From: Tubiluchus corallicola
Taxonomy: Eukaryota > Animalia > Priapulida
Direction of reading: 5' to 3'
Length of the DNA stretch: 49,840 bases
NCBI GenBank assembly: GCA_030141605.1
Contig: JAQGDQ010001279.1
Location: forward strand, 1 to 49,840
Shown here: piece by piece, positions 24,813 to 39,900 of the stretch
How the letters are laid out: every line of letters starts with the position of its first letter
Numbering within the stretch: position 1 is the first letter of the stretch
The notes under the pieces: generated by a model
Database searches by the model: none
What the model was told of the DNA's origin: nothing
The model's input: the letters and a program-made list of their open reading frames with translations, nothing else
Translations under genes and position numbers: made by a program

Positions 24813-25289
24813 TTCATTGAAGAAAAAGAAGAAGGAAAGCGAAAACCCAAGTTACATCAACGGCTGCATTTCTCTCGTGGATAAGTCTGGGATAGAAAAC
24901 AATGCTGACCTTATTTGTGACTGGACAAGCTTTTATTAAGTCAAGCGTTTCAAACTCCCAGTCTAAATTGTAATGAATGTGCTTTCACATTGGAAAATGC
25001 ATACAGCTCCATCGCTTGTGTTGTGTAATGGTTTCATGAAACCTATAGCCTACCGACATTATAATAAAACACGAGCGTAAAATGTTAATAAATATTAGCA
25101 ATGATAGTTAATTATTAGAAATATTTACAAGTGCTTTTTACATCGTAATTATATTTTGAAAATTAGAAGGCATGCAACGGATGCGTTGCATGTATGGATT
25201 GCACTCCACTGATGATACGTTATCAACATTAGTCTTTTAACTTGTAAAGTGAGATGCTGACCGGCATGGGTTTCTTTGTCACACACAGA

Positions 25290-27530
25290 ATGGTTTATCA
25301 ATCCGTGAACAGTCTTAGTGTGGCAGACAAAACCGCTCAGAAACTTCTTGCTGCTAGTCGACCATCCGTTTATTTACCAAGCCTAGCACTGCTCACCTCA
25401 AGACATCAGTACACATTCTTGTGAACGAATTCGCAAGTAGAACTATAGTCAAGTAAGGCGGAAGGATAAAGAAGAGAGCAGGGTAAAAAGAAGGGAAAAT
25501 GGCGCAAGCACGTTTTGTAGATCGCATAGAGAATTTATTTTAATAAAAAGATTAGATAAAGATTAAAGTATAATTTTATCGTGTTATTTGTGTTATCAGC
25601 CGTTGTAGTCGTTGTGAAAGGTTTATGAAGTTTCTATTATTATCATATTTTGTATAATATAAAGACATTCAATAAATGGTAACATCGAATTTGTTACTTC
25701 ATACTGTAATAAATTATCATGTTTCATACAATATCGTTATCATATAAGAATAGTTGTACTGCAGTGGGCTAGAGAAGCAAAGGCTTGTATCAACCCGCTG
25801 TTGTGTGAATTTGATGAGTGAAAACGAAATTGATGAGTGAATAGAAAAAGAGCAGGGAGAAAGGTTAGATCACACAGGACATGAAGAATGATGAGTTAGT
25901 GGGAATAGTAGGAAGAAAGATAGTAGATTGTGCGATGTTTGCATCAGCTTTAAAGTTTTTTACTTATATTAGTTGTATATGTATGTCCCCAACGGAGACA
26001 ACAGTTTGTAACGGTAACGTTGTTGGAACGGTAAGACTACTTACATTTAAGCAATAACGTACAGAGGAACTAAAAGAATAGACTTTGCGTTACATGTTAG
26101 GAGATATTAATTGTAGTTCGTTACACTATGGGACTTATTACGTAATTTGCGTAAAAAAATTAAGTACTGCCTGCAATAAGCTAAAACGAGAACTGTCAAA
26201 TACAAGCGAGATTTAACTATTTTTTGCAGCCCAATCAGAAAATAGGTGTTTTCGTTGTTTAGAAGAGAACCACCTAGCAAAGGAATCGCATAGCAAACGA
26301 GGTATACGTTCGTTTTCCTGCAATAGTAACAGACATCATACTGCACTCTGCCCTACCAACTTTCCAGAAAAGGAAACAGAATCGCCAACTAATGCTTCGG
26401 AGAATGCAGTCCTTATAAATGGTGCTGATTCAGATGAGAAAAAGATATGCCCTCACAAGGATGCTGTGTCGTCTACTGCACCTCAGTTACTTCCTTTAGC
26501 TTCAACTGTTAGTGAACTTAAGGAGTTATTTATAATGGTTTGTTCTACGGAAGTCGTCTGGCTTCACTAAAAACCAAAATTGTTATCTGCTGTTCCGAGA
26601 TGATGAGAAAATAAGATTTTTGATAAAATAGCAATATAACATTTTCTACTAATAACGCTAACTAAACAGTTACCTAGTATTGTTCTAAGCATTCATGCAT
26701 ACCAAACACACAGTCAGCAGTTTAGCAATACGTTTGTTAAGTTATAAATGTTAATGAACAAATTGTGTTGTATTATGAATAGCAAATATTAAAATGATTC
26801 ATGCATAGTCTACAGCCACATACAAACAGTATTTAATCCATAACACGAAAATTACACTAAACGCAACACAGAAATATTTTTCTAAAGTCTTGTTCTCGCT
26901 GCGACTGTAATTGTAACAGCCTCTGGACACTTCGAACCAGAGCTATGGAATACCACATCCGGAAACGAGATTAATAAACCGACACACTGGAAGATATTTA
27001 TCACCTTTGAAACAGTGGCATAAGCCGCGTTCAAAATCTTGACTCACTTAGTACATGTAATTGCATGAAGTGTGAAAGGACCTTTATAATTGAACCAAAT
27101 AAGTAGCTAGCAAAACACAAAACAGGAAGAGGAACCTACACTTGAGGAGTTACCACACCCCCTCATTGGCGTCTTAACAGTTGTAAGACAAGCCCTGGTC
27201 GGGCGTGTGCAGACTTGGTCCTGTCTGGGGCTCAAACTCCACTGAATTCAAGGAAATAGAATACGGCACTTGTATTTATAGATTTTGCACAGATGAAATA
27301 TAGGAGTATTTCAAATTTCGCCAATCAGAAGGTCGGATTTGTGAATTTCATTTAGGCAAGTTTATTACATTTTGATTTTTTATTACAGGCACTTAAAACA
27401 TTTATAGTTAAAACACCATTATTTTATTTAAACTTTTAATTTATGTAGTTAAAAATCATGCCAAACGTATTGACAGAGAAACTGCTGTCAGCATCACAGA
27501 TAATTTTTTACAAACATACGACTACTTTAA
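25290..27530 (+). repeat. Left arm of inner inverted repeat (has about 1.05 kb at about 25397-26451 absent from the right arm)
   Basis: Blocks 25290-25396, 26452-27010 and 27069-27470 match, in order, the reverse complement of 33525 down to 32325. Confidence 0.85.
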
Positions 27531-28104
27531 TAAGTAACAACCTGTTTAATAAGTAAACATGAGCAGCAAAGTAGCCTCCTGGCGCCATCTGTAATGCTGA
27601 ATAGCAAAGATTTGTATTGCAAAAGCACAACGTTAATAGTTTCTTTCAATACTAAGAAAGAAGTTATTTCTCATCTTCCTCCATCTTCAGCTGATGTTGC
27701 TGTTGGTGCTGCTGTTGTTCTTGGTGTTGCAGGTGTCATATTTATCGTTTAAAGCCGCCAACATGATGTCATCATTGATTGATTGATTAACTTATTACTG
27801 TTTATTTCAGCACAAGCCATACAAAACAAACAATTAACATATTTTGAATGAGTAAAACTACACTTTATTACAGAAATTTTTACGCGAAAATGAAACTATG
27901 AAAACATTTACATCGCATAGTTCGTGAAAACATGTACAATTGTACGTTGTTTACATTATTCATTGTTAAAACTGTACATTGTACATTGTCATGTCATTGT
28001 TAAAACGATGTTTTTTTGATTCTTAGGAACTACCTTGAACAAGCGTCAGAGCATTTGTAGCGAATTCATGATATTAGTGCTTCGTTTCTTGTTTCCAATC
28101 CACG

Positions 28105-28456
28105 TTTTCCTGCATACGTGGAAAAATTGTGTTTTGTCTCAGAAGTAGGCCGTTTTTGAATCAGAATACTGTTATTAATAACTTACTGTACAATACTACT
28201 ACAATTTTTAGATACAATATACCAAGTTTTCCTGCACACATGGAAAAATTGTGTTTGCTCTCAGAAGTAGGCCACTTTTGAATCAGAATACTGTTATTAA
28301 TAACTTGCTGTACAATACTGATACAATTTTTAGATACAATGTACCAAGTTTTTTCCTGCACATGCAGGAAAACTGTGTTTACTCTCAGAAGTAGACTGTT
28401 TTTGAGTCAGAATACTGTTATTAATAACTTACTGTACAATACTACTACAATTTTTA
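28105..28456. repeat. About 121-bp tandem repeat, 3 copies
   Basis: TTTTCCTGCA...CTCAGAAGTAG...TCAGAATACTGTTATTAATAACTT...CAATTTTTA occurs three times. Confidence 0.9.
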
Positions 28457-28619
28457 AATCAAAAAATTTCAAGCCGCGGCAAAGAATTTTAGATACTCAT
28501 TCTAACAAACCCATTCTTGTATATAAGCTTACTATATTTCTGTAAACTAATTTTGTGCTTTTTTACTTGTGCCTTATTTTTGTTCTTGTGCTATGGACTG
28601 TAAATGTCTGAAATGAAAT

Positions 28620-29318
<699 letters not shown>

Positions 29319-29319
29319 T

Positions 29320-30365
29320 GTGCAAGAAGGTTTTGCATTTTATTACTATCACACTTTTTCTCTTGCTGCTAATTAACCAAACGCATCAAATGTCTTTTTA
29401 CGTCTTAACAACATACTTCGGTATTAAATCCAATTGACTTTATGTTCCTTAGCAATAAGAGTTAATCTTTTCACTTATTTTCGTGAAATTGCTTCGATAA
29501 TAACCGATGGGCAGTTTTTATAGAAAGAATAAAAACTGTAGGAGCTTAAAGCCCCAAATCTCTATCCTGTGCACGTGTCTGCGGGGGAGGTCAGTAAGGA
29601 AGCCAGAGATCGTAAGGTCAGAAAGGGAATCTGGGAAAATTATGCAAAGTTGCAAACTTAATTTGCCAAGAGCAGTAAAGGCGAAAACCTGCCAGGTGGT
29701 GCCATCTACAGGCTGCAAGACAAACGATTTTAGAAGCATACCATCGATTGCTCCCAGATGCTTGTAAAATATCATAGACATAATTATAATTGCTCTAACA
29801 TAGTGAGTGTAGTGATCTAAATAATAATTATGGGATATTCAAGCTGATATTGGATGAATGTATTGAAGATCAAGTTACACAATAAAAATTTTACTAACAG
29901 ACACCTGCATAATACACCTACAGTACTGTCACAAACTGTTATCCAATGAGAGCAATTCATGAACGTGTACTTTAACGTCCGTGCATATAGAGGTTAAATG
30001 TCTAAAGTAAAGTATGTTAAACTGTCTTCTTTTTCTGATTGTTTGTTTGTCTGTTTATTGTCATTAGTTACGTTTTTTGTTATTGTTAAGCATTTTGAAT
30101 CAGTTCTGAAGACGATAACAAACGGAACGTTTATAATTCTCATGAGAATTTTTATATTTCTGATTTTTCTGCTCGCAATTTTTATTTTATAATAGCATAA
30201 ACAACAGTCTTGCTGTTGAGGTGCTACGTAAACCAGTAAGACACCAGACCCGCCTCACCTAGGGTTGCCACCCACTCTTGATATGACACGGAGTCTCCTG
30301 AAATTCAACAAAAAGATCGGTAGTTTGGTCGGATTTTTGAAAAATTCTGAAATCTTCTGATTTTA
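29320..30365 (+). repeat. Second copy of the 8886-9690 segment, ending in a hAT-like left end (TAGGGTTGCCA at about 30260)
   Basis: Direct sequence match to 8886-9690. Confidence 0.9.
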
Positions 30366-30367
30366 TC

Positions 30368-30450
30368 CTGGGTTGCGAAGCCGAGTTGTTTAAATTTTAG
30401 ACTGCAACCACGCAGTCTCGAGTTCGAGACTAGCGGCTACCAACACCAGG
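30368..30450 (+). mobile_element. Possible tRNA-derived SINE head or tRNA pseudogene remnant
   Basis: A-box-like AGCCGAGTTGTTTAA and B-box-like GAGTTCGAGACT at tRNA-like spacing. No convincing cloverleaf. Confidence 0.3.
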
Positions 30451-30702
30451 GTATACCTTACCTATACCTTACATGTTATTTGTGTGTTGCATCCTAACCT
30501 ATATTGTAGTCAGTGCTAATGTTGTTTGTTAAATAAACGACGATAATTAAAACTGTCTTTGTCTTTTTACCATCATTTTAAAATTTAAGTGGAAGAGCTA
30601 GAAATACATCATTGATGTCACTAAACCAGTGACATGCTAAAACATGTCACTGAGGCTATGCTAAAACAGTGGAAACTTTTTCAAGTAAAATAGAAAACTT
30701 AT

Positions 30703-30830
30703 ATGGCTTCATCATTTAACGTTGTCTACATTTTTCGCCAACTTGCATGGCTTCATCATTTAACGTTGTCTACATTTTTCGCCAACTTGCATGGCTTCAT
30801 CATTTAACGTTGTCTATATTTTTCTCCAAC
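30703..30830. repeat. 44-bp tandem repeat, 3 copies
   Basis: ATGGCTTCATCATTTAACGTTGTCTACATTTTTCGCCAACTTGC starts at 30703, 30747 and 30791. Confidence 0.92.
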
Positions 30831-32324
30831 TTTTGCTGCAGTGGCAAGTGGGTCCAATGCAAGTTTTCTTCCTGTTCAGCTTTAATTCACTCATCATAAA
30901 CCATTTGTATCCAGAAATCTCAAAAACGTAAGAAATGAAGTGGGACTGGGAAAGAACCCCAAAAATTGATGTAAAAACCTGTAAATTTTATGGTTTTGGG
31001 GGTTTTTTAGAGTCCAAAATCGTACAGAAATTTGTACAATTTTGTGCTTTAAATTTCTCGATTTTTGTTTTTGAAAAAGACGTCGCGAAGCATACAGGAA
31101 ACGCGGAAGCTTTCGAGGCTCCGTCGGAGGCGCCACCTGTGTTGGCTCTTAACTCCTGATTCCGAAGCCGCCATGACATGTGACGTCACCTACGCAAACG
31201 TAAATCACCGGACGAAAAGGAAATGTTAAACTACGTGCAAATACTTTCCATGCAAATCTATTACTTACTTGAAAGACTTGTGCAACTAGAAAAGAAAATT
31301 ATTAATTATTTAAAATGTTTTCACCAATTGGTAAAATGTCGCTCCAGGGTGCACCACTCACTAACCAAAAAAACGTATTTTTAATCTTATTGACAAGGTA
31401 CAGTAATTTAAAATTTTTCTTACTAAGTAACATGTATGCTACGAATGCTCTGATTATTTTTTCAAACTTCACGCAATGTTATCTAAACTTGTTTCAAACG
31501 ACCTACCATTAAAATGCCTGCGCCTAACAAACATCGCGGGAGTTTAAAAATTGCACAGGTTTTATACAGCGTTGCTGCCGACACAAGCCTTACGACCAAA
31601 ATGGCAGTAAGTAAACGGTATAAAATTTCTAATATTTTTAAAATTTCTAATAATTTCTAAAATTTCTAAAGCTTTTAAGCTTTGTGTAAATAGAGGGTAT
31701 TTTCTTCTGCTTTAATAACGATGATAATTTTGTTGGGGGTTCTGAGCTTCTCCATGTTTTACGTTCAAACTTTCACTCACTCAGAGACACAGACGTGTGA
31801 CCCGTTTGTTATTCCACAGTCACTTTAAAGCAAAATACCCCTGTAAATCAAAAATATAATATTTACACTTAAAACAAGGCAACTGTATTAAAAATTTTAA
31901 TTTACATAGTTAAAAATCATGCCAAACTTTTCGACAGAGCTACTACTGTCACCATCAGTGGTAAATTTTTACAAACATACAACCAGTTTATGTAGGCAGA
32001 GTCTACAGTATAGAACGTTACGCAACTAGTTAGATACTTAACAGAAGCCAAATAGACAATGAACAAGTAAACCAGTAAAGAAATTGATACAGTAACTTAT
32101 GCACTATTTACGTATTCACAAAAGCCAAACAGATAATTTTAAGCAAGACAGTAGAAAAGAAATTGATACCGTAATAAATACCTAAGTGTTTGAAAATAAA
32201 GTTAAAGGAAATGAACTGCTTTGAACATTAAGAGAAGGATTAAAAGTATATGGATAAACTTTGTTATGAAATTGGTTTCTGTTAATACATAATTAGTGAA
32301 TAATGTTCTGTAGGCTCTGCCTCG

Positions 32325-33525
32325 AAACATTTGGCATGATTTTTCAACTATGGAAATTAAATGTTTTAATAAAGTTGTGCTGTTTTAACTATAAATGTTT
32401 CAAGTGCCTGTAATAAAAAAATCAAAATGAAATTCACAAATCCTACCTTCTGATTGGCTCAATTTAAAATACTCGTCTATTTCACCTGTGCAAAGTTTAT
32501 AAATACAAGTGCCGTATATATTCTGTTTCCTTGAGTTCAGTGGTTGCTGAACTGCTGGAGTTCGCGCCCCAGACAGGACCAAGTCAGCACCCGCCTTACC
32601 AGGGCTTGTCTCACGACTGTTTAAGCGCCAATGAGGGGGTGTGGTGACCCCCAAGGATAGGTTCCTCTTCCTGTTTTGTGTTTTGCTAGCTACTTATTTG
32701 GTTCAATTACAAAGGTTCTTTCACACTAAGAAAACGTTAACAGGTTTGAAACATCTGATAGTTTCAACATCTACTTTTTAATTTAGCAACTACCAAGTTA
32801 ATCAAGGTTTCGGGCGGGACCTATGCAGCTCTTTCAAAGCTGGTAAATGTCTCCCCGTCGTTTGGGTCACTAATCTCCTTCCTGTTGTGGTATTCGAACC
32901 GATGCCTCTCGCCCACCGATAGCTCTGGCTCGAAGCGTCCAGACGCTATTACAATTACACAGGCCGCGGAGAACCGGCGGCAGAAGAACATTCTGTGTTG
33001 TATTCAGGGAAATATTTGGGTTATGCATTATATACTGTTTGAATGTGGCTATAGACTATGCATGAAATAAAACGCTTTGGTCGTTCGTTAATTTGCCATT
33101 CATAAAGCTCGGATGTCTTCTTTTTTCCTTTATTAAAATTTATGAGTTCATAAATGTATAGTCAAACTGCTGACTGTGTATTGCAGAAGTTTTTAGAACA
33201 AATTCTGCCTTACCTTTGATAATAGAAAATGTTTACCTTATCAAAGTGCTATTTTGTCACAAATGCTCTTTTCTCACCATCTTAGAACAGCAAATAACAG
33301 GTTTCGTTTTTAGAAAAGCCAGAATACAGAATTTCCGACCACAATAAATAGCATTTTAAATTCTCTAATGATTGAAGGTAAGGAAAGTAGACGTGTTGTC
33401 ACAGTATGTACTTATGAGCAGTGCTAGGCTTGGTTAATAAACGGATGGTCGACTACCAGCAAGCAGTTTCTGAGCGGTTTCATCTGCCACACTGAGACTG
33501 TTCATGAATTGATATGCCATTCCGA
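32325..33525 (-). repeat. Right arm of inner inverted repeat
   Basis: Reverse complement of 25290-27530 blocks, e.g. AATTGAACCAAATAAGTAGCTAGCAAAACACAAAACAGGAAGAGGAACCTA is identical in both. Confidence 0.85.
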
Positions 33526-33584
33526 ACGTAAACAGAAAACACCCTTCATCTGTATAATTAATTTCGGTGGTATATTATACATAT

Positions 33585-34375
33585 ATCTCGGTGATCTATA
33601 CATCAAACGAAAGGTCTCGATCTAGTGTCGTGCCATTAGGGGTTTATTTTTCGAATCGGGCCCACCGGGACAAACGGGGGCGAAAAACCTCCGTAAATGG
33701 CCATTTTTTCGGCCGTGTTTGCAAAAATTATACCTTTTATATTTGCAGAACGGGAACGGACTGGGGGCTGTGATGACACGGGAGTGGACTGTGAGCTGTA
33801 CTGACAGTGGGTGAATGGACTGGGGGCTGTGATGACACGGAAGTGGACTGTGAGCTGTACTGACAGTGGTTGAATAGCCGACTCAACGATGGGTACAGTA
33901 GGTATATTTGGAATTCGCGGGAAAGCCACGGCGTCCCGTAACTGGCATTTTCCTGGACCCAGCTCCCGATTTTTCCGAAATTTTGCCCAAACAGCCTGCA
34001 GAAAAAACGTTCTAGCGGCGCCTTGTGGGACTATCGGAAGAAGACGTATGGCTCTTTAAAAAGAGGAGACACAGAGCTACACGATGGTATGATCTGTATT
34101 TTAGGACGCTTCCACCATCAGGAGCTGTGACGTGTTGATTGGAGGTTCCATTTTCGGCAATTCTAGCTTGGAAAACTGCTGACGTTTTGCACTGTTCTGA
34201 CGTCATTCCATTATACTCTATCTATAACTTTATAACTTTAATGCAGTAAAAGCTGCTGCTGGTTTTGTGTTAGGTAAATAAATAAATAAATTAATTAGTT
34301 AATAGGTAAAATGTTTGCACATTATTGATTATAAGTGGATTTATACGCAAAACTTTTTTGCGGGGTCTTTGCAAT
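33585..34375 (-). repeat. Inverted copy of the 8147-8835 repeat, with an internal 59-bp tandem duplication (33758-33875)
   Basis: Sequence match. GGACTGGGGGCTGTGATGACACGG starts at 33758 and 33817. Confidence 0.85.
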
Positions 34376-35619
34376 TCTTATACTAATATATTAATCCTCA
34401 TTTACACTAATCATTAAACTTCTCATTTAAATAAGTAAAATAACTAACAGAAAGATTTAATAACATTTTATTATTATTATTATTTGTTTGTCTGAAGGGT
34501 AATTATATCTCAAAATTAAAATTGTATGTATCTCTTGTTTTTTTTTGTTGTATTGCATGTACTTTTGGCACTAGTGAATATGTAAGGGGGCGACATACTA
34601 TTTACAAATGTATAAAACAATACAATATGCCATCAACATTAGTCCATTAACTTGTTAGTTTTGTTAGTTTTTTGAAAAACACTTGAAATTTGCGAAGAGA
34701 TTCCATATTACTCATACGGTTTACCTCCTAATTCTGTTCACTATACACGACTAAGGATGGTTTTTTCCCAGATAAACGAGCATTTAAGACATATAGTCCT
34801 TCAAACAACCACGTTTGTAGAGATTCGACGAGTAACATTTATTCTTAGAAACTGCATCTGTGGTTTTCAAATTGAAAATATAAAATATTCTTTGCCGGAT
34901 TACCCTTTGCATGTTGTTTGTAGAAAGGAACGCGAAGAATAACTAACAAATAACTAACGAACACACTATCGTTTAATTTAAATAACTTTGACCCACAATA
35001 AAAAGTCTCAGTTTTTCATTCTGATAATTTTTTACTAAAATTATTATCAGAACATCATTGTATTCGATCTTGCACATTGGTTCATCTGAACGTTTTAATT
35101 ACATTAATTAACAATTGGAAATAATTATACATCTTTGTGATAGACTTGTTTTTCCTATCAAACTGCATCCCGTAAAATTTTGCAGTTTGATGCATCCAGA
35201 TCAGCATTTATTTGCAGTTATTTCAAATAAGCATGCTTAAGATTTTGATGACATGAACTTTTATGGTAAATTGCAAAGCAACATAATGGTCTATTGTATG
35301 GTAAACAATATATACCAGACAGTTTTACACATCGTAAAATCAAATTCGATTACATGGCAGAAACAGCCCTTCAACGACGCGTTTCTGATGTTTTGTTAAA
35401 TATGCAGGCTAGCAATCTCTTTCTGTGCATGCGTGGCATTTAAACGTATTATTTCAGTCTTATTAAACCAATCTACATGGCGATTAGGCTTGTAAGATGC
35501 TGATATTAGGGTTATATAGAAACGAGCTATATAGCGCGAATATTTACGTTATTAATAAACTTCAAAACCAGCATGGTGCAGTGCATGTTCAATGAGAAAC
35601 TCTGTTCTTTACTGTCTCT

Positions 35620-35700
35620 TTGAGTGTTAATATTAGAGAATGGTGTCAGGCAGGGTGGCGTTTTGTCGCCTGATTTGTTTTATTTGAATGTTGATAAACA
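35620..35700 (+). mobile_element. Small LINE RT remnant
   Basis: AATGGTGTCAGGCAGGGTGGCGTTTTGTCGCCTGATTTGTTT translates as NGVRQGGVLSPDLF. Confidence 0.55.
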
Positions 35701-36379
35701 AACAATAACAAGTGTTTTTCTTTTGGAAAACAATCGATGAATAGGATTCTTTATTACAACGATATGTAGTCAAACAGTTTTTCTTTCTTGTTGAAGAAAA
35801 TGCAATATTTGAAAGTTAGTAGCAAAGAAACAAGAAGGCCAGCTTTTAAACAGGTTTTTGTTGGTACAGAATTTCAACAATGCTTTAAATGAAATTAAAA
35901 CCATGAAGGAAAATTTTTATCATTTATTGCACGAATTTGTGCTATTTATGAGCCATTTCTAATTTATCAACAACTTTCTTTGCCTAATTTGAAGCATTAA
36001 AAGCGGTAAATATAGCGCTATTCTGCTCTAAACGTTCTATAATGTTTCTGCTTCATGACATGACTTCAAGGAAGATCTAATTGCCGATTTATACCATTTA
36101 TTCGCCTCCAGACACCATTTTGTCTGCAACCTGTTGCTATAACAACCAGATTAGTACTGGATGAAATTGTCTCAAGGTCGTTCCTTGCAGTGCCTTCAGT
36201 AGGCAGCGTTTAACATGTAACTGCCTATAATAGGCTTCAGTGTTAAGGAAAGACAAATGGCTAGCAAGTCTTGCTACATATTGGTAAGAAAGATAAGTGA
36301 TTTCAATCAAACAGAAACTAATTAGTAGAAATATGAATAAAACTCATAAAACGTTTAATTTATATGACTGAGGCAGCAT

Positions 36380-36508
36380 TGATTTTTGGAACGCATCTCG
36401 GTTCTTTTGCTTTACTTTCTATGGAAGTCTTGGTTTCATTTAATGACGTTTCGCTTAACGTCGCATTTTTTGGAACGCATTAGCGTCGTTAAGCGAGGAC
36501 TTACTGTA
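36380..36508. mobile_element. Right end of a Tigger/pogo-like MITE
   Basis: Ends CGTCGTTAAGCGAGGACTTACTG followed by TA, a CAGT-type TIR with TA target. No left end found. Confidence 0.5.
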
Positions 36509-36900
36509 CTATTGTGTTGATGAAAAATAAACTAACTTTCTATTTACCAGGCACTCGAAATTTGAAATGGCTTTTATCTGTTTAAGTTTCCCATATGATA
36601 TTATAATTACGGCTAAAAATTTAAAAATAATATAATTGAGCTATGCTGCAAAAGATTTAATAACAGACTACACTATTGTTACATTTTATAATTAAAACTG
36701 TCTAACTCGAATCTTTTTTAAAAGAAAACAGTTATACTATATCTTTACACAAAATCATGGATTTACAATTGACAGTAATGAAATGATAAAAATAGCAAAC
36801 AGTTATGGCCAGAAGGGTGAACCCTGTGGAACACCGATATTAATGACAATTCAATTGCTGAAGCGACAGTATTTTATAGTTAATTTGGTATGTTTAATGT

Positions 36901-39900
36901 TTAATGTATAATTTTTTCAGAAAGCCCATCACTCACACAATGTTTAAGATCCTGATCAGTCAGATCTATAGTGTTGTAATACTGCACTGTATTCTCTGCA
37001 CTATTTTCATCACTGATCATGCCAACCGGATAATTTCTTGTCGTCTTTCTCCAATGAAACACAAATACCGCAGCGACGAGCATCAACAGCAACAGCGAGC
37101 AAATGATAAGTGCTGCAAGTGCTCGTTCACTTAAAAACACCTCAGATACTATTATCTCGGTTCCAATGTCACAATAAATGCCATAATAACCATTCACACA
37201 GTAGCACGTGAAGTTACCCTCACTGTTTTCACAGATGCCATCATTAAGGCAAGGATTAATTAATCCTAAGCACTCATTAATATCGAGACAATCGTCATTT
37301 GCTTCATTTGCTTCATATCCGTTTGGACACCGGCATTCTGCATGATACCACAGACTTACACAAATGAAAGGTGGATCGCATTCAACAGCGAAACACCAAT
37401 CTGTATCATCAACACAATCATCTTCAACGTTATAACTGGTACTAAATGCATACTCATTATTTCCGCTGAGTGGCAGATGCACTTGTGAATACCTTATGTC
37501 ATTAATGCAGCCAATAAAACCACTGACAACTCTTTGGTATTGGTCAATCTCTGCACCAGCTATCACATCATCCTTATCTATATCAAACAGGCGAAAGTCA
37601 TTTGGTTGCCCTATAAGTTCTGTTTGCTTACCCCGACCACCACCATCAATTTTCAGGAAGATGTCACTTCCAAATCGCTCCACATGTGCAGTGTGCCACT
37701 CTCCGTCATTTAGTACAATCGACGGTAGCTCCACCCACCGAGGTCCACTTCCAAGATCACATCCAAACTCTACCAGCTTGTTACGAATTCTTAACAAGAC
37801 ATACTCGTTAAGGTAAATGTCTGTTCCTTTGGCAATAAAGATAACTCCCTCTAGCATAACTGTGCGAAAAGATACGAACAACTCAGTCCAGTCAGGCCTG
37901 AGGTCGATTTGATAAGTAAACTGATAATGAAGGTAGCTTTTATCAGACAAGTAGTGTTCTGTTATTATTTTATCACATCTATCTCCTTGCCATCCAGCAA
38001 AGCATTCACATTTTCCTACTGATCCATCCATGTATCCATTACATTCTCCATTGATGCACAGAGGTGGTATGCGATTAGCCTCACAAGAAGCATCTGTTTG
38101 TGAGCACCCTGCAGAACTTTCTTCTGAAAGACCGGGGTTTCCCAAATCATACAGGCGGCCATCTTGGTTAACATTCTTGATGCACCCATCAAATCCATCT
38201 CTAAAGCTTAATTCCAAATAATTTATTGCAGCATTAGACATTCCACCTAGCTGCAGAGGAGAAACTACTTTTAAAAACGAATTGTCCCCAGGAGTGTAAC
38301 CTGATACTTTGCAACTTGATTCATCAAGATTTCCACTTTCAGTTTGCATGTCAAGATTTTTGCATCTATCTACAACTAAGGTAAAAAATTTTCTATCAGC
38401 TATAATATCTATCTGATGCCAAGTTCCATCAGCAAGATTCTGTGATTTCACAGTTAACTCCAGAGTACCTGAGCCATGGTTAATAAGAAGTCTTGGTTGA
38501 CCATTGACAAGTTCCAGTCCAATGTAGTCTTTTGGCTCGGTAGGATAAGGTTCACGAATAGGGCCATTGTAAAGCAATAGTCCATTTGGAGACTGAGTAA
38601 TGAATTCAAATGTAAGCCGACTTTCTTCACATTGCTGAAGTGGTTCAAACCAAGCCCAGCCAGCACTTGTGAAACTACGAGTGGTCAACTGACAACGAGG
38701 GCCAAGAAATCCTTCTAGACACTCGCACTTTACACCTGATGCGGTATTTGTGCATGTCCCGCCATTTAAACAAGCAGCATGAGGAGAATTGCAGTTCTCA
38801 AGAACAGAGTCATCTTTCATGTCACAAACACAGTCTGACTCTGTAATTGTAGTTACTGCCAGAAGTGATGTTGTGTTAGTATTAATGTAAGTTGGATTAT
38901 GAGAAGTAGTAAGAACAGTGCGACATCCTGGTGCACCCCGACAAATTTCTTCGATGCACTCACTAACAGGAACTAGTACAATATTCATATCAGTTGCATT
39001 TTTAATCTCTGCTAAGTTATTTGCTACAGCTCCATCTAATTTTTCAGCTGGATAAAATGGTGAACCACTCGCTGCATAGCGAACATCAATTTCAGGTGGA
39101 TCTCTACCTTCATGATCCATAACACTGAAGATTAATACTTTTTCAACGTTCACATTTGCAGCTACAGCTATTTGTTTCTTAAAGCTTTCAAGTCTGCTTT
39201 CTACTTTTCGGGTTTCAGTGCCAGTATCTATAAATTGTTCTGCTGTCATGTCACGAATTCGAACTGACCCAGAGTTAAAAACAGCGTCATCCCAGATACT
39301 CTGCACATCAACATTTACAGTTGACACAACTTCTGCATCATGCTTTGCATCATATACAAAAACTTTGAAAGAATAATGCCCAGCAGGAGTTCTTTCTTTG
39401 ATTAACACTGCCCCAGAATTTTCATCAACTAAGAAGTGTTCTGGCTGAGGATCTTGGATTGTGAATGTCTTGCCACCAACATCCCAATCATCTACATCTT
39501 CTGCATACACAGTTCCTATTTCAGTATTGTCTGGAATACTGTTTTTATAATTAAACACGCTGATCGATTTAGTTCCAGGTTTATGTAAGTTATCATTGTC
39601 ATCATTAACTGTAACTGTTACAAAGTCCACATCACAAATTTGATCTCTGTCACATATCTCTATGGGTACTTTAAACGACTTATCATGCTGCCTATCCATA
39701 GTTCTTTTAGTAAAAAGTTGTACACCAGTATTTCCTGGACAATCACTTACTACTTCATTAATTTCAAAGTGACATTCATAGGGAAAATTTAAAGTTTTCT
39801 TGAATGAAAATGAAGGTGACACCTCTGGTGTATCCATAGCACAAGCTACTGGCAAAAGCTGTGACCCAGCAGGTGTTTGATCATCAACTCTAATATCATA

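Noticed and set aside
30368-30450. Functional tRNA gene
   Set aside because: Box-like motifs are present but the stems do not pair convincingly. Kept only as a low-confidence SINE remnant; tRNAscan-SE would decide.
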